Shown here: positions 8,938-24,868 of the stretch, one piece after another | Numbering within the stretch: position 1 is the first letter of the stretch | How the letters are laid out: the number at the start of each line of letters is the position of its first letter | Source of the DNA: Coriobacteriia bacterium | GTDB lineage: Bacteria > Actinomycetota > Coriobacteriia > Anaerosomatales > SLCP01 | Direction: 5' to 3' | DNA: 64,000 nt | Assembly: GCA_019429145.1 (NCBI GenBank) | Contig: JAHYJI010000003.1 | Location: forward strand, 47 to 64,046 | Program-made: the position numbers and the translations under genes | The notes under the pieces: model-generated | Told to the model about the DNA's origin: nothing | Database searches by the model: none | The model's input: only the letters and a program-made list of their open reading frames with translations

Positions 8938-9480
8938 TGTGGACAGTGTGGAAAACCCAGCGTGTATGGTTGTTGAACCTGTGGACAAGTACCTCGTCTT
9001 CATTGTTGGGTCTAGTGCCCTTTGCTAGTATCGGCGGTGCCTGAGCGTTCTCTAGATTTCTCGGGCGCACCTTGAAAACACCTGTTCAGAGGGGATGTTC
9101 CGCTCACCCTCTCCGGCCTGAAGCCTCGACCGCGTCGTTCTCTCCACAGGAGATCGGCCCGCTGACAGTAACTCAGTCCCTCTATCCACAGTATCGGGCG
9201 CGCCAGACGGGGTCTTTTCAACAGCCGGGGAAAGCCGGAGCCCATGCGAAAGCCCGTACGCTGGCAACTTTAGGGTTTCTCCGGGCCGAGACGGAAAGGG
9301 CTGTCCACAGATGTGGAAAGCCCTGTGGACAAGAACGAAAAGTCCTTGTCAGAAGCGCAGGGCCCAGAGCCCCAAGCACGTACCCGCTGGTGGCTACGGT
9401 CGTTTACAGGTGTTTAAGGAGCTGGCGACGAGCCCGCGACTGTTGAAAAGCATGTGGATGAACCACCCTTGTGTGGAAAG
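8938..9480. promoter_or_regulatory. DnaA-box cluster upstream of the dnaA transcription unit
   Basis: 9-mers matching TTGTCCACA/TTATCCACA or their complement, with 0-2 mismatches. Positions: 8938-8946, 8947-8955, 8980-8988 (perfect TTGTCCACA complement), 9182-9190, 9301-9309, 9312-9320, 9324-9332 (perfect), 9453-9461 and 9472-9480. Confidence 0.7.
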
Positions 9481-9482
9481 TG

Positions 9483-10358
9483 ATGGGGGAGTACGTGAAG
9501 AGTTTTTTCGGCGACCAGGCGGTCGCCTCAAAGGGGGAGAGAGAGACGTTGCACCCATCGGTACTGGCGGTGCCGCCTCCCGATGAGACGATCGGCTCAC
9601 CAGCATGGTCGGCTCGCATCGCCGTCTATGACGCTCCCGCCGCAGCTCCTCGCACCGAGGAAGTCACTGGCTCGTCCGAGGAGGAGCTCATCGAACAGAT
9701 CGCGTCCCGCGTCTTCTCTCACTCACGCGAGACGGGAGGGGATGTGCCCTACACCGTCATACGAGAAGTGACGGAGAACTTCATTCATGCTGAGTTCCGG
9801 GAGCCCGTAGTATCTATATTAGAGGGTGGTCAGACGATTCGCTTCGCAGACCAGGGTCCCGGCATCTGCGACAAGAAGCGGGCGGTGCTGCCGGGCTTCA
9901 CAACCGCAACCAGTCGTATGAAAGGCGTCATACGAGGGGTCGGGTCGGGCCTTCCCATCGTCAACGACTACCTCGGCTTCTCAGGGGGAAGCCTGGAGAT
10001 CGACGACAACCTCGGCTCCGGGACGGTCGTGACCGTACGTTCCTCGGTCCACGAGGGAGAGTCACCGAATCTACTTCGGGCCCCCGGGGGGGAAACGGCC
10101 GTCGAGGCAGAGCCTGCTGCTGCCGTTGCCGGCCTCACTCCGCTGACCACGCGTCAGAAGCAAGTCCTTTCCCTCGTCCTCGAGCTCGGAGAGGTCGGCC
10201 CGACCATCGTCTCCAAGGAGCTGTCAGTAGCGCTTTCAACCGCCTACCGCGACCTCGCGTACCTGGAGCAGGGCGGCCTCATCGAGTCAGACGCATCCGG
10301 GAAGCGCGTGCTCACGGGTGAAGGTTCGTCCTACCTCGATAGTCTATTCGCCCAGTGA
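9483..10358 (+). CDS. GHKL-type (HATPase_c_4-like) ATP-binding domain plus C-terminal winged-HTH protein
   Basis: N-box-like [15 protein letters not shown]-boxes ADQGPGI and GVGSGLP. C-terminal [47 protein letters not shown] (wHTH). The ORF could start at GTG 9471 or ATG 9483. Its stop TGA (10356-10358) overlaps GTG 10355 of the dnaA ORF. Confidence 0.7.
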   Translation: MGEYVKSFFGDQAVASKGERETLHPSVLAVPPPDETIGSPAWSARIAVYDAPAAAPRTEEVTGSSEEELIEQIASRVFSHSRETGGDVPYTVIREVTENFIHAEFREPVVSILEGGQTIRFADQGPGICDKKRAVLPGFTTATSRMKGVIRGVGSGLPIVNDYLGFSGGSLEIDDNLGSGTVVTVRSSVHEGESPNLLRAPGGETAVEAEPAAAVAGLTPLTTRQKQVLSLVLELGEVGPTIVSKELSVALSTAYRDLAYLEQGGLIESDASGKRVLTGEGSSYLDSLFAQ

Positions 10359-10375
10359 GTACCCAGGGAGCATCG

Positions 10376-11764
10376 ATGCACATGTACGACGCGGATCAGA
10401 TCTGGACCGACGTGCTCGACGTCGTGCGGTCAGAACTCAACACCCCTACCTTCAAGACGTGGTTCGAACATACCTCACCGATGGAGGTTAAGGACAACAG
10501 CTTGGTGATAGCGGTGCAGAACGAGTTTGCCAGGGAGTGGCTCGAGTCACGCTACTCGGGACTTCTCCGCTCCGCTCTTCTCCAGGTACTCGGCCAGGAA
10601 CTGTCAGTGGAGTTCATCGTGCCCGCTGAGGGCGCCTCGTCTGCGTCCGCGGACGCAGACGCAGAAGTTGCTGAACTGATGTCGTCCTCGGAACCCGACG
10701 TCGTCCCCAAAGCCCGGAAATCCGAGAATGGGGAGTTTAACCCGAAGTACACATTCGACTCGTACGTTATCGGGGCTTCGAACCAGTTCGCTCACGCAGC
10801 CGCTCTCGCGGTCGCCGAGGCCCCGGGTCGTGCGTACAACCCCTTGTTCATCTATGGAGGCGTAGGGCTCGGCAAGACGCATCTCTTGCAAGCCATCGGG
10901 CACTACGTTCAGATGAGCTTCCCCCACCTGAAGGTCAAATACGTCTCCACCGAGCAGTTCACTAATGACTTCATCAACTCGATCGGAGACCGGGACAAGA
11001 AGCGGATCGACGGATTTCGTCGTCAGTATCGGACCAATGACGTTCTGCTCGTCGACGACATCCAGTTCCTTAAAGGCAAGGAGGGGACTCAGGAGGAGTT
11101 CTTCCATACCTTTAATACGCTGCAGCAAGCAGGTAAGCAGGTTGTTCTGTCGTCGGACCGGACGCCAAAGGAGATCGAGAAGCTCGAGGAGAGACTTCGG
11201 AGCCGTTTCGAGATGGGTCTGATAACGGATATCCAACCACCGGACCTGGAGACGCGAATCGCCATCCTGAGACGAAATGTCGAGGTCCAGAACCTCTCCG
11301 TTCCCGACGATGTCCTGTCGTTCGTGGCAGACCGGGTATCTTCGAACATCCGGGAACTCGAAGGTGCGTTGATCCGTGTAATGGCTTTCAGCTCTCTTAC
11401 CCGGCACCCCGTGGATATAGAACTCGCTCGCGACGTTCTCAAAGACATCTTCCCTGAAAGATCCAAGCGCCCTATCACTCTCGCTACGATCCAGAGAGAA
11501 GTCTGTAAGTATTACTCACTCTCTCATTCAGAACTTGTAGGGGGAAAGCGGTCCCAGGCGATCGTCTATCCACGCCAGATCGCGATGTATCTCACTCGGG
11601 AGCTGACCGAGCTTTCCCTGCCTGCTATCGGTGCGGAGTTTGGTGGCCGGGACCACACCACAGTCATGCACGCGAAGGCCAAGATCGAGAAGCTTATCAA
11701 CGCGGACCGCGAGGTATACAACCAGATACAGAGTCTGACGAACCAGATCCGGCAGAAGAGCTGA
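10376..11764 (+). CDS. dnaA: Chromosomal replication initiator DnaA
   Basis: Walker [16 protein letters not shown] and C-terminal DNA-binding [14 protein letters not shown] 10376 is preceded by GGGAG; the ORF is open from GTG 10355. Confidence 0.95.
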   Translation: MHMYDADQIWTDVLDVVRSELNTPTFKTWFEHTSPMEVKDNSLVIAVQNEFAREWLESRYSGLLRSALLQVLGQELSVEFIVPAEGASSASADADAEVAELMSSSEPDVVPKARKSENGEFNPKYTFDSYVIGASNQFAHAAALAVAEAPGRAYNPLFIYGGVGLGKTHLLQAIGHYVQMSFPHLKVKYVSTEQFTNDFINSIGDRDKKRIDGFRRQYRTNDVLLVDDIQFLKGKEGTQEEFFHTFNTLQQAGKQVVLSSDRTPKEIEKLEERLRSRFEMGLITDIQPPDLETRIAILRRNVEVQNLSVPDDVLSFVADRVSSNIRELEGALIRVMAFSSLTRHPVDIELARDVLKDIFPERSKRPITLATIQREVCKYYSLSHSELVGGKRSQAIVYPRQIAMYLTRELTELSLPAIGAEFGGRDHTTVMHAKAKIEKLINADREVYNQIQSLTNQIRQKS

Positions 11765-11774
11765 TGTCTGGTGC

Positions 11775-11998
11775 TGTGGAGTAGCCTGTGGACGAGCGGG
11801 GGACGGACTGGGGAACACCGCTCACGCCTGTTGACCGAAGTAGACCCCTGGGGAACGTGTGGACGACGAGGAGCACTTCGCGCACATGTTCTCTACAGTG
11901 GATACGCCGTGAACGATGAGGGAGTATGTGACATGTCCACACACTCCACAGCCCTTATTACTACTGTTGTTGTCTGAATATGTAGAAAGGAACAGAAG
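11775..11998. promoter_or_regulatory. dnaA-dnaN intergenic DnaA boxes plus AT-rich tract (candidate oriC unwinding side)
   Basis: Boxes at 11775-11783, 11787-11795, 11858-11866 and 11897-11905 (weak), plus tandem ATGTCCACA/CACTCCACA at 11933-11950. These are followed by CTTATTACTACTGTTGTTGTCTGAATATGTAGAAAGG, the most AT-rich stretch seen locally. Confidence 0.65.
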
Positions 11999-12000
11999 AG

Positions 12001-13107
12001 ATGAAGCTGACAGTCGCCAGAGGAGAACTCGTCGAGGCCCTCACGGTAGTAAGCAGAGGGCTCTCATCGAGATCGACCCTCCCGATTCTCTCAGGCATTC
12101 TCGTGTCAGCCTCATCAGAAGGGGCCGTGACGCTCCAGTCGACCGATCTCGAGGTGTCGGTGAGGAGAAGCCTTCCGTTCGTCTCGGTAGAAAGGGAAGG
12201 AACGATCGTCGTACCCGGCAAACTCTTCACAGATATCGTTCGCTCTCTGCCTGAAGCAGCGGTAACCCTTTCGCTGGAAGCGGAGAGTCTCTCTGTCTCG
12301 TGCCTACAGTCGTCGTTTGCGGTAAAGACCCTGCCGGCAGATGATTTTCCCCGCTTCCCCGAAGTGGAGCCGGACAAATCGATTACTCTTCCGGCTTCCC
12401 GTGTCTCGGAGATAGTCAGGCACGTTGCCAAGGCCGTCAGCAGAGACGAGACGAGGCCGGTACTCACCGGGGTCCTTCTGTCGGTCGAGGGTAAGACGGT
12501 CAGGATGGTGTCAACGGATTCGTATCGTCTTGCCGTCAAGGAGTTGATGATCGAGGAAGGAAGCCTCGAAGACATCCAGGTCGTGGTTCCCGGCAAGGTC
12601 ATGGAGGAGGTATCGAGGCTTGCACCTCAAGGGGAGGACGTGACCCTGGGAATCAGTGAGAACCAGGCCGTCTTCGCCTTCGGCACGACGGAGTTCGTGG
12701 CTCGGAGGATCGAAGGAACGTTTCCAAACTATCGCCAGCTGATCCCGAAGGAGAGTGAGACAACGGTCGACGTCTCACGCGAGGAGATGCTCGCCGCGGT
12801 CAAGAGGGTCTCACTCCTGGCGCAGCACAACACCCCCCTCCGGATGACGGTGAACAGTGAGGATCAGACTCTCGGCTTGTCGGCAACGACCCATGATGTC
12901 GGAGACGCGTCAGAAGACTTGATGTCCAAGGTCGAGGGGTCAGATGTAGAGATCGCGTTCAATCATTCGTTCCTGCTCGACGGATTGCTCGCGGCCGAGG
13001 GGGATTCGGTTCGGATCAGCATCGTGAGCCCGCTGAAGCCCGGGGTCATCACCAGCTCCGGCGACGAGGGATTCCTGTATCTGTTGATGCCGGTCCGGCT
13101 CGGATAG
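12001..13107 (+). CDS. dnaN: DNA polymerase III beta sliding clamp
   Basis: 368 aa with MKLTVARGELVEAL start and LMPVRLG end. Canonical position after dnaA. Confidence 0.95.
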   Translation: MKLTVARGELVEALTVVSRGLSSRSTLPILSGILVSASSEGAVTLQSTDLEVSVRRSLPFVSVEREGTIVVPGKLFTDIVRSLPEAAVTLSLEAESLSVSCLQSSFAVKTLPADDFPRFPEVEPDKSITLPASRVSEIVRHVAKAVSRDETRPVLTGVLLSVEGKTVRMVSTDSYRLAVKELMIEEGSLEDIQVVVPGKVMEEVSRLAPQGEDVTLGISENQAVFAFGTTEFVARRIEGTFPNYRQLIPKESETTVDVSREEMLAAVKRVSLLAQHNTPLRMTVNSEDQTLGLSATTHDVGDASEDLMSKVEGSDVEIAFNHSFLLDGLLAAEGDSVRISIVSPLKPGVITSSGDEGFLYLLMPVRLG

Positions 13108-13113
13108 GCCACG

Positions 13114-14224
13114 TTGGAAGGTCTTCGGGTCGTATCGGTTTCACTGAGCCGCTTCCGGAATCACAACGAGTGGTCTTCGGAGCTGGATCCGGGGCTCACA
13201 GTGCTGGTTGGAAAGAACGCGGCGGGAAAGACGAACATCCTCGAGGCGGTCATGGTTGCCTCCACGGGCACCTCGTTTCGCTCCTTTGTCTGGGAAGATC
13301 TGGTCATGAGGGGAGAGCAGGAAGCCCGGGTGTCGATAGTGTCCTCGCGCAGTGGAGCGCCTTCTGAGATAGATCTGCGTATCACAGACCAGGGATATCG
13401 TGAGTACTCGGTGAACGGCAGCAAGAAGCGAACGATGGCCGAGATCGTTGGGCGGATCCCGCTCGTCTCGTTCGTTCCCGAGGACCTCTCCATGTCCAAG
13501 GGCGCATCTGAGAAGAGAAGAACTCCGTTGGATGCCCTTGGCGATCGGCTCTCATCTGCGTACTCCGCGCTGAGGGTGGAGTACGCCCGACTCGTACGTC
13601 AGCGCAACACCCTTCTCAGGCAGGGAGCAGCAGACCGGGACCTCGAGCCGTGGGACGACATGCTCGCCTCGGTGGGGGCATCACTGACGATGCACCGAAT
13701 CCGGCTTCTGGTACGGATGAAGCCTCCGGCCGTCATCGCCTACGAGCGGGTAAGCGGAGGCGAGGCGCTCGGCGTCGAGTATCTCGCCTCGTGGGCCGAT
13801 GGTTCCGCGCTCGGCGTCGAGGAGATCGCCGCGATGAGTAGGGACGAGATAGAGAAGGGGATCGGCCGGTCGCTGAAGGGAGCCCGGGAGCGGGAGAGGG
13901 ATCGCGGGATGACCCTCTCGGGACCCCATAGGGACGACGTGGTCTTGTCGATACAGGGGCACCCTGCGAGAGCCTACGCTTCCCAGGGGCAACACCGGAC
14001 CGTCGCCCTGGCGTGGAAGATGGCCGAGGTCGACGTGGTGCACGAGGTCACCGGAGTGAGGCCGCTCCTCCTGCTCGACGACGTCATGTCCGAGCTCGAC
14101 TCGAGACGGAGAGCCGAGCTCTCCTCGTATGTGTTGGAGGGATCGCAATCCATCCTCACCACGACGAACCTGAGCTACTTCACCGGGGAGATGCTGGGTG
14201 CGGCCACCGTGGTGGAGCTCGGTC

Positions 14225-14232
<8 letters not shown>
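13114..14232 (+). CDS. recF: DNA replication and repair protein RecF
   Basis: Walker A GKNAAGKTNILEA, signature/Walker B LLLLDDVMSELD. TTG start at 13114. Confidence 0.9.
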
Positions 14233-16794
<2,562 letters not shown>

Positions 16795-16815
16795 GGCCGG
16801 TCGGGCGGGTGACGC

Positions 16816-17295
16816 ATGGCGAACGGGCCACAACGGCGGGAACCGAGAAGGTTCGAGCCCCCTCCATGGGAGCGGGAGCAGTTCGAGCGTCTCGAGCGGG
16901 AACGGGCGCGCGACGTCGTGCCTGTGGCGCCGGAGGTGGCCCCGGACGCCGAGGCGAGGCCGGAACCGGCCACACCGGAGCCGAAACCCTCCGCGACGGA
17001 GCCAGAACCGGGGCCGGCCGGGCCGCCAGGCGTGGACGCGATGCTGCTCGCGCTGAAGGCCGAGGAGCCGTCTGCGGTGGAGGCGGCGTGGAAGTTCGGG
17101 TTGGCTGCGGCCGTGTTGGTGGGAACGATAGGTTTCATGCTCGTGATCTGGGGCATGGTCGCGCTCGCGCGCAGCGCGGGCAGCGGGCCGGCCGGAATCA
17201 TGGGGGCGACGATCATGAGCGTGATGGGCGGCCTGTTCGTAGGGCTGGCCACATGGATGGGTGCGCGTAGTCTCAAACAGCGAGGAGTGCTCTAA
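16816..17295 (+). CDS. Hypothetical Pro/Glu-rich protein with two C-terminal TM helices
   Basis: 159-aa ORF filling the gyrB-gyrA gap exactly. Hydrophobic segments: FGLAAAVLVGTIGFMLVIWGMVAL and IMGATIMSVMGGLFVGLATWMG. No recognisable family. Confidence 0.5.
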   Translation: MANGPQRREPRRFEPPPWEREQFERLERERARDVVPVAPEVAPDAEARPEPATPEPKPSATEPEPGPAGPPGVDAMLLALKAEEPSAVEAAWKFGLAAAVLVGTIGFMLVIWGMVALARSAGSGPAGIMGATIMSVMGGLFVGLATWMGARSLKQRGVL

Positions 17296-19890
<2,595 letters not shown>

Positions 19891-19901
19891 GGCAAGCTGA
19901 C

Positions 19902-20642
19902 ATGACCCCGACAGGACTCGGCGGTCGAGTCAGGGCGCTCCTCTTCGACCTCGACGGTACGCTCATCGACACGGTCGCGCTCATTCTGAGCTCGTTTCGC
20001 CATGCAACGAACGAGGTGCTGGGCGCCCCGCTCCCCGACGAGGTTCTCATGCGCAACGTCGGGGTGCCGCTGGCTATCCAGATGCGGGAGTTCGCCCCGG
20101 ACCACGCCGACGAGCTTTTGCGCGTGTACCGGGAGCACAACTCGAAGATCCACGACGACATGGTCGCCGAGTACCCGGGCACCCACGCCACACTCGAAGG
20201 GCTCGCTGCCCGTGGGTTTCCGATGGGAGTCGTGACCTCGAAGGGGACCCCGATGGCGCGCCGCGGGCTGGACGCGTTCGATCTGGGCCGCCTCTTCGAG
20301 GTGGTCGTCACCTCGGATGACGTCGACGTCTACAAGCCCGAGCCCTACCCGCTGATCTACGCGGCGGAACTGATGGGGGTCCGTGCCGAGGAGTGCCTCT
20401 ACCTCGGCGACAGCCCGCACGACATGTCTGCGGCCATCGCGGCCGGAGCGGTCTCGGTGGCAGCGCTGTGGGGAGCGTTCGGCGCCGCCTCCGTGCTCGA
20501 GCCCGGACCGGATTTCGCCCTGAGATCGATCGTCGAACTGCCGGGGCTTCTCGAAGGTAGTGGCGACGAGTACCGCGTGGTTCATACTGATGTCAACAGT
20601 GCCGGCGGCAGTCGGCATCTGCCCGGATGGGAACCCATGTAA
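19902..20642 (+). CDS. HAD-family hydrolase (phosphoglycolate phosphatase/PpaX-like)
   Basis: ALLFDLDGTLIDT motif I, VTSK motif II, GDSPHDM motif III/IV. Confidence 0.8.
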   Translation: MTPTGLGGRVRALLFDLDGTLIDTVALILSSFRHATNEVLGAPLPDEVLMRNVGVPLAIQMREFAPDHADELLRVYREHNSKIHDDMVAEYPGTHATLEGLAARGFPMGVVTSKGTPMARRGLDAFDLGRLFEVVVTSDDVDVYKPEPYPLIYAAELMGVRAEECLYLGDSPHDMSAAIAAGAVSVAALWGAFGAASVLEPGPDFALRSIVELPGLLEGSGDEYRVVHTDVNSAGGSRHLPGWEPM

Positions 20643-20648
20643 GGTGTC

Positions 20649-22157
20649 ATGAATCCGGTCGACTCCGAGGAGGAGCCCGTGTCATCGAGAGGGAAGATAC
20701 TAGCGGCGGTCGGTGCGCTCGTGGTGGTCGGTGCGATCGTAGCCGCAGTAGCGTTTACGACAGCCCGCCCGGCCGCCGACGTCGAGACCGTCCAAGTCGA
20801 GGTCCGGGACCTCTCGGTCACCGTGACCGCGTCGGGGAGGGTTGAGTCGGGCGTGAGAGCCGATGTCTTCCCGCCCACCGCCGGGGTGCTCGCCGAGGTG
20901 CGGGTGACCGATGGCCAACGGGTGACGGCCGGCACCGTGCTCGCCGTGCTGGACACCGGCCCGCTTGAGATCGCGGTCGCCCAGGCTGAAGCGGGGCTGG
21001 CCCAGGCCGAAGCGGGACTCTCGTCCGTCGATGAACAGGCTCCGACGAGTGCTGACGTCGCGGCGGCCCGGGCCGCCACCGATGCCGCGTGGGCGGCATA
21101 TCGCTCAGCGCAGGCCGGCGCAAACGCAGTAGGAAGCCAGGCGCCGTCTCAGTCCGATCTGGCTGCAGCAGCAGCGGCGACTGCTGCGGCGAAGGCGGCC
21201 TACGATCAGGCGGCGGAAGCATACGACTCACTGAAGGCTCTCCACGAGATGGTGCCGACGCCACCCGACCTGCCCAGTCTCGCGGCCGCTGAGGTGGCCC
21301 GCGATCAGGCATACGCGGCCTACCTGGGAGCTCAGTCAACGGAGCGACAGCTGCGATCGGTCGATCTCTCCGGCCAGCAGGCTGCTGCCGACGCCGGCGT
21401 CGATCAGGCATACGCCGCCTATCTCGGGGCCAAGGCGCAGCAGGAGAAGCTGGAGGAGCTCGACCTCTCGCCCCAGCGCCGCGCCGCTCGCGCCGCGGTC
21501 GACCAGGCGCGTGAAGCGCTCGCACTCGCGAGCCAGAACCTCGCAGGCGCGGAGCTCGTGGCGCCGATCGACGGGGTCGTGCTCTTCAATGCCCTGGGCA
21601 CTCCCTCCTCGGACGGCACCGTTCCCAAGGCAGCCGTCGACGCCGGAGTGGCGCCGCAGGCCGCACCGTTCACCATCGTCCAGCTCGAGGCGGCTCGCTT
21701 CACGGCCGAGGTGGACGAGGTGGATGTCGAGCTCGTCGAGGAAGGAATGAACGCAACGGTGCGCCTCGACGCCTTCGCCGATCGCTCGTTCGAGACGACC
21801 GTTACCGAGATCAGGCCAGCCGCGACACTCACCCCGACCGGCGGAACGGTCTTCCCGGTCTACCTGCGTCTGGCGGGCGGGGACGCCAACATCTTGCTTG
21901 GCATGAAGGGTGACGCCACGATCGAGGTCAGCCGCGTGCAGAACGTGACAACGGTTCCGGTCGAAGCGCTCTTCGATGAAGCCGGGGAGACCTTCGTTTA
22001 CGTTGTCGACGATGGGCGTCTCGCCCGTACGCCGGTGGAGGTAGGCACCTTCACTGAGACTGCGGTCGAGATACGCTCCGGCATCTCTGATGGGACGGAG
22101 GTCGCCCTCTCGAGTGCGACCGAGTTCGAGGACGGCATGACCGTTCGCGTGCGATAA
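20649..22157 (+). CDS. Efflux periplasmic adaptor (HlyD/MacA-like membrane fusion protein)
   Basis: 502 aa with N-terminal TM helix, lipoyl-like GVLAEVRVTDGQRVTAGTVLAVLD, and a long Ala-rich coiled coil. Adjacent to MacB-type ABC genes. Confidence 0.8.
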   Translation: MNPVDSEEEPVSSRGKILAAVGALVVVGAIVAAVAFTTARPAADVETVQVEVRDLSVTVTASGRVESGVRADVFPPTAGVLAEVRVTDGQRVTAGTVLAVLDTGPLEIAVAQAEAGLAQAEAGLSSVDEQAPTSADVAAARAATDAAWAAYRSAQAGANAVGSQAPSQSDLAAAAAATAAAKAAYDQAAEAYDSLKALHEMVPTPPDLPSLAAAEVARDQAYAAYLGAQSTERQLRSVDLSGQQAAADAGVDQAYAAYLGAKAQQEKLEELDLSPQRRAARAAVDQAREALALASQNLAGAELVAPIDGVVLFNALGTPSSDGTVPKAAVDAGVAPQAAPFTIVQLEAARFTAEVDEVDVELVEEGMNATVRLDAFADRSFETTVTEIRPAATLTPTGGTVFPVYLRLAGGDANILLGMKGDATIEVSRVQNVTTVPVEALFDEAGETFVYVVDDGRLARTPVEVGTFTETAVEIRSGISDGTEVALSSATEFEDGMTVRVR

Positions 22158-22159
22158 CG

Positions 22160-22950
<791 letters not shown>

Positions 22951-22954
<4 letters not shown>

Positions 22955-24144
22955 ACCTCCTCGAGAGCATGCGCATCGCGCTGCGCGCTCTGAACGCCAA
23001 CAAGGTCCGCAGTGCGCTCACCATGCTCGGTGTGATCATCGGCGTTGCCGCGGTCATCCTCCTTGTGGCGATCGGCACGGGCGTGCAGGACGAGATCACC
23101 GGATCGATCGAAGGTCTGGGGTCCAACCTCATCTTCGTCTTCCCGGGTAGCTTCGAGGAAGGCCCGGGCGGAGGAGGTCCGGGGGGCATCTCAACCAGGC
23201 AGTTCACGATCGAAGATGCCGACCTCCTCCAGCGTCGACTGGGCCCGGAGCATGCGGTTGCTCCCGTGCTCCAGGGACCGCTCACGTTGCGTGTGGGCAA
23301 CCGCACCATGAGGACGGTCGTGGCCGCTGCCAACGAGAACGCAGGCGAAGTCTTCGGCGGCGACTATCTGGACGGCCGCGGGTACCGCCGCAGCGAGGTG
23401 TCCGCAGGCGCGAGGGTTGTCATCCTCGGGTCGACGGTGCGAGACCGGCTCTTCCCGAACCAGGATCCGGTCGGAGAGACGATGAGCGTGAACGGCCAGC
23501 GCTTCACCGTCATCGGTCACTTAGCAGCGCAGGGGGGCTCGCTCACGGGCGATCAGGACAACCAGGTCTACATGCCTATCACCGCAGCCCAGCGCCTGAT
23601 CGGAACGACCGATGTCGGCCTGATAGCGGTCAAAGCGGCTACCGCCGATGACGTCGAGGCCCTTCAGCGGAGGATCAGGCAGGTGCTGACCCCGCGGTTC
23701 GGAGACGAGTTCAGCGTCTTCTCGCAAGACCAGACGCTCGGCATATTCCAGCAGATCCTCGGTACGCTGACCTTCATGCTCGCCGGCATCGCCGGCATAT
23801 CGCTGCTGGTCGGCGGCATCGGCATCATGAACATCATGCTGGTGAGCGTCAGCGAGCGCACGCGGGAGATCGGCATCCGCAAGGCTGTCGGCGCCCGAAC
23901 CTACGACATCATGAGCCAGTTCGTCATCGAGGCGGTGACGCTGTCGGTGGCAGGCGGAGTCGTGGGAATCGCGATAGGGGCGCTCGGCGCCCGGGTCCTC
24001 ACCCAGTGGGTGCCGACCGAGGTGACGGCGTGGGCAGTGGCTCTCGCGTTCACGTTCTCGGCGGGAGTCGGGATCTTCTTCGGCGTGTATCCGGCGTACA
24101 AAGCTTCGAGGCTCGACCCGATCGAGGCACTGCGGTACGAGTAG
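22951..24144 (+). CDS. ABC transporter permease (MacB/FtsX-type)
   Basis: 397 aa with MacB_PCD-like extracytoplasmic domain and C-terminal FtsX motif [14 protein letters not shown]. Overlaps the ATPase gene by 4 nt. Confidence 0.9.
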
Positions 24145-24159
24145 CGGCGCGCGCGCGGA

Positions 24160-24663
24160 CTAGCCCTGGAAGTCCTCGGGGTCCACACCTTCGAGGAACT
24201 CCCGGAACTGCTCGACCTGCGTCTCCTCGTCCTCCTCGGTCACCTCTACCACGGCGGCTTCGTCGAGCACCTGCTCGGAGATGAAGATCGGCGCACCTGT
24301 GCGCACGGCGAGCGCGATGGAGTCGCTCGGCCGGGCATCGACCTGAAGGCTCATGTCACCGGGACCCGAGAGCACGATGAGCGCGTAGAACGTCCCGCTC
24401 TCGATCCGCGTGATCTCGACACGCTCGACCTCGGCACCGAGTGCTTCGATGGCGTCCTTGAGCAGGTCGTGCGTCATCGGGCGCGGGGGAGCGATGTCCT
24501 GCAAAGCGAGAAGGATGGCCGTTGCCTCGTTCTGTCCGATCCAGATCGGCAGAAGGCGGCCTCCGGTGTCGTCTCCCTCGAGGGGACGCAGGATGATGAC
24601 CGGCTGATTGCTCGCCGAGTCGACACTGAGACTTGCGATCCCCACGGGTATCACGGCCCGCAC
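24160..24663 (-). CDS. Bifunctional nuclease family protein (DUF151)
   Basis: 167 aa: ...NQPVIILRPLEGDDTGGRLLPIWIGQNEATAILLAL...RPMTHDLL..., typical of the BFN DNase/RNase domain. Confidence 0.8.
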   Translation of the reverse strand: MRAVIPVGIASLSVDSASNQPVIILRPLEGDDTGGRLLPIWIGQNEATAILLALQDIAPPRPMTHDLLKDAIEALGAEVERVEITRIESGTFYALIVLSGPGDMSLQVDARPSDSIALAVRTGAPIFISEQVLDEAAVVEVTEEDEETQVEQFREFLEGVDPEDFQG

Positions 24664-24812
24664 CTCCCTTCATGCTCCTACGCTGTACGTTCCACTATCA
24701 TACGTGAAGCTATCCGCCGCGGCTTTGGTCGCCGGGGCGCGCTCCGCTGGATGCGCTGACCCGGGGACGGGCGCGCGTCTGTCGGTCTCAGCGGTGCTGA
24801 GCAGGGAGATGC

Positions 24813-24842
24813 TTGACGCTCGCGCGAGCGTTGGGCTATGGT
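24813..24842 (+). promoter_or_regulatory. Candidate sigma-70-type promoter of tRNA-Ile
   Basis: TTGACG (24813-24818), an 18-nt spacer, then TATGGT (24837-24842), about 27 nt before the mature tRNA 5' end. Confidence 0.5.
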
Positions 24843-24868
24843 ACGGAAGCGTTTCGCCCGATTGGGCG

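Noticed and set aside
9072-9446. 124-aa ORF and neighbours inside the rpmH-dnaA spacer
   Set aside because: The region is densely packed with DnaA boxes. The ORFs are short and basic, with no RBS. The region is interpreted as regulatory or origin DNA.
24849-24860. 12-mer GCGTTTCGCCCG shared between the tRNA-Ile leader and 52709-52720
   Set aside because: A single 12-nt match within 64 kb of GC-rich DNA is expected by chance, and the flanks do not align.
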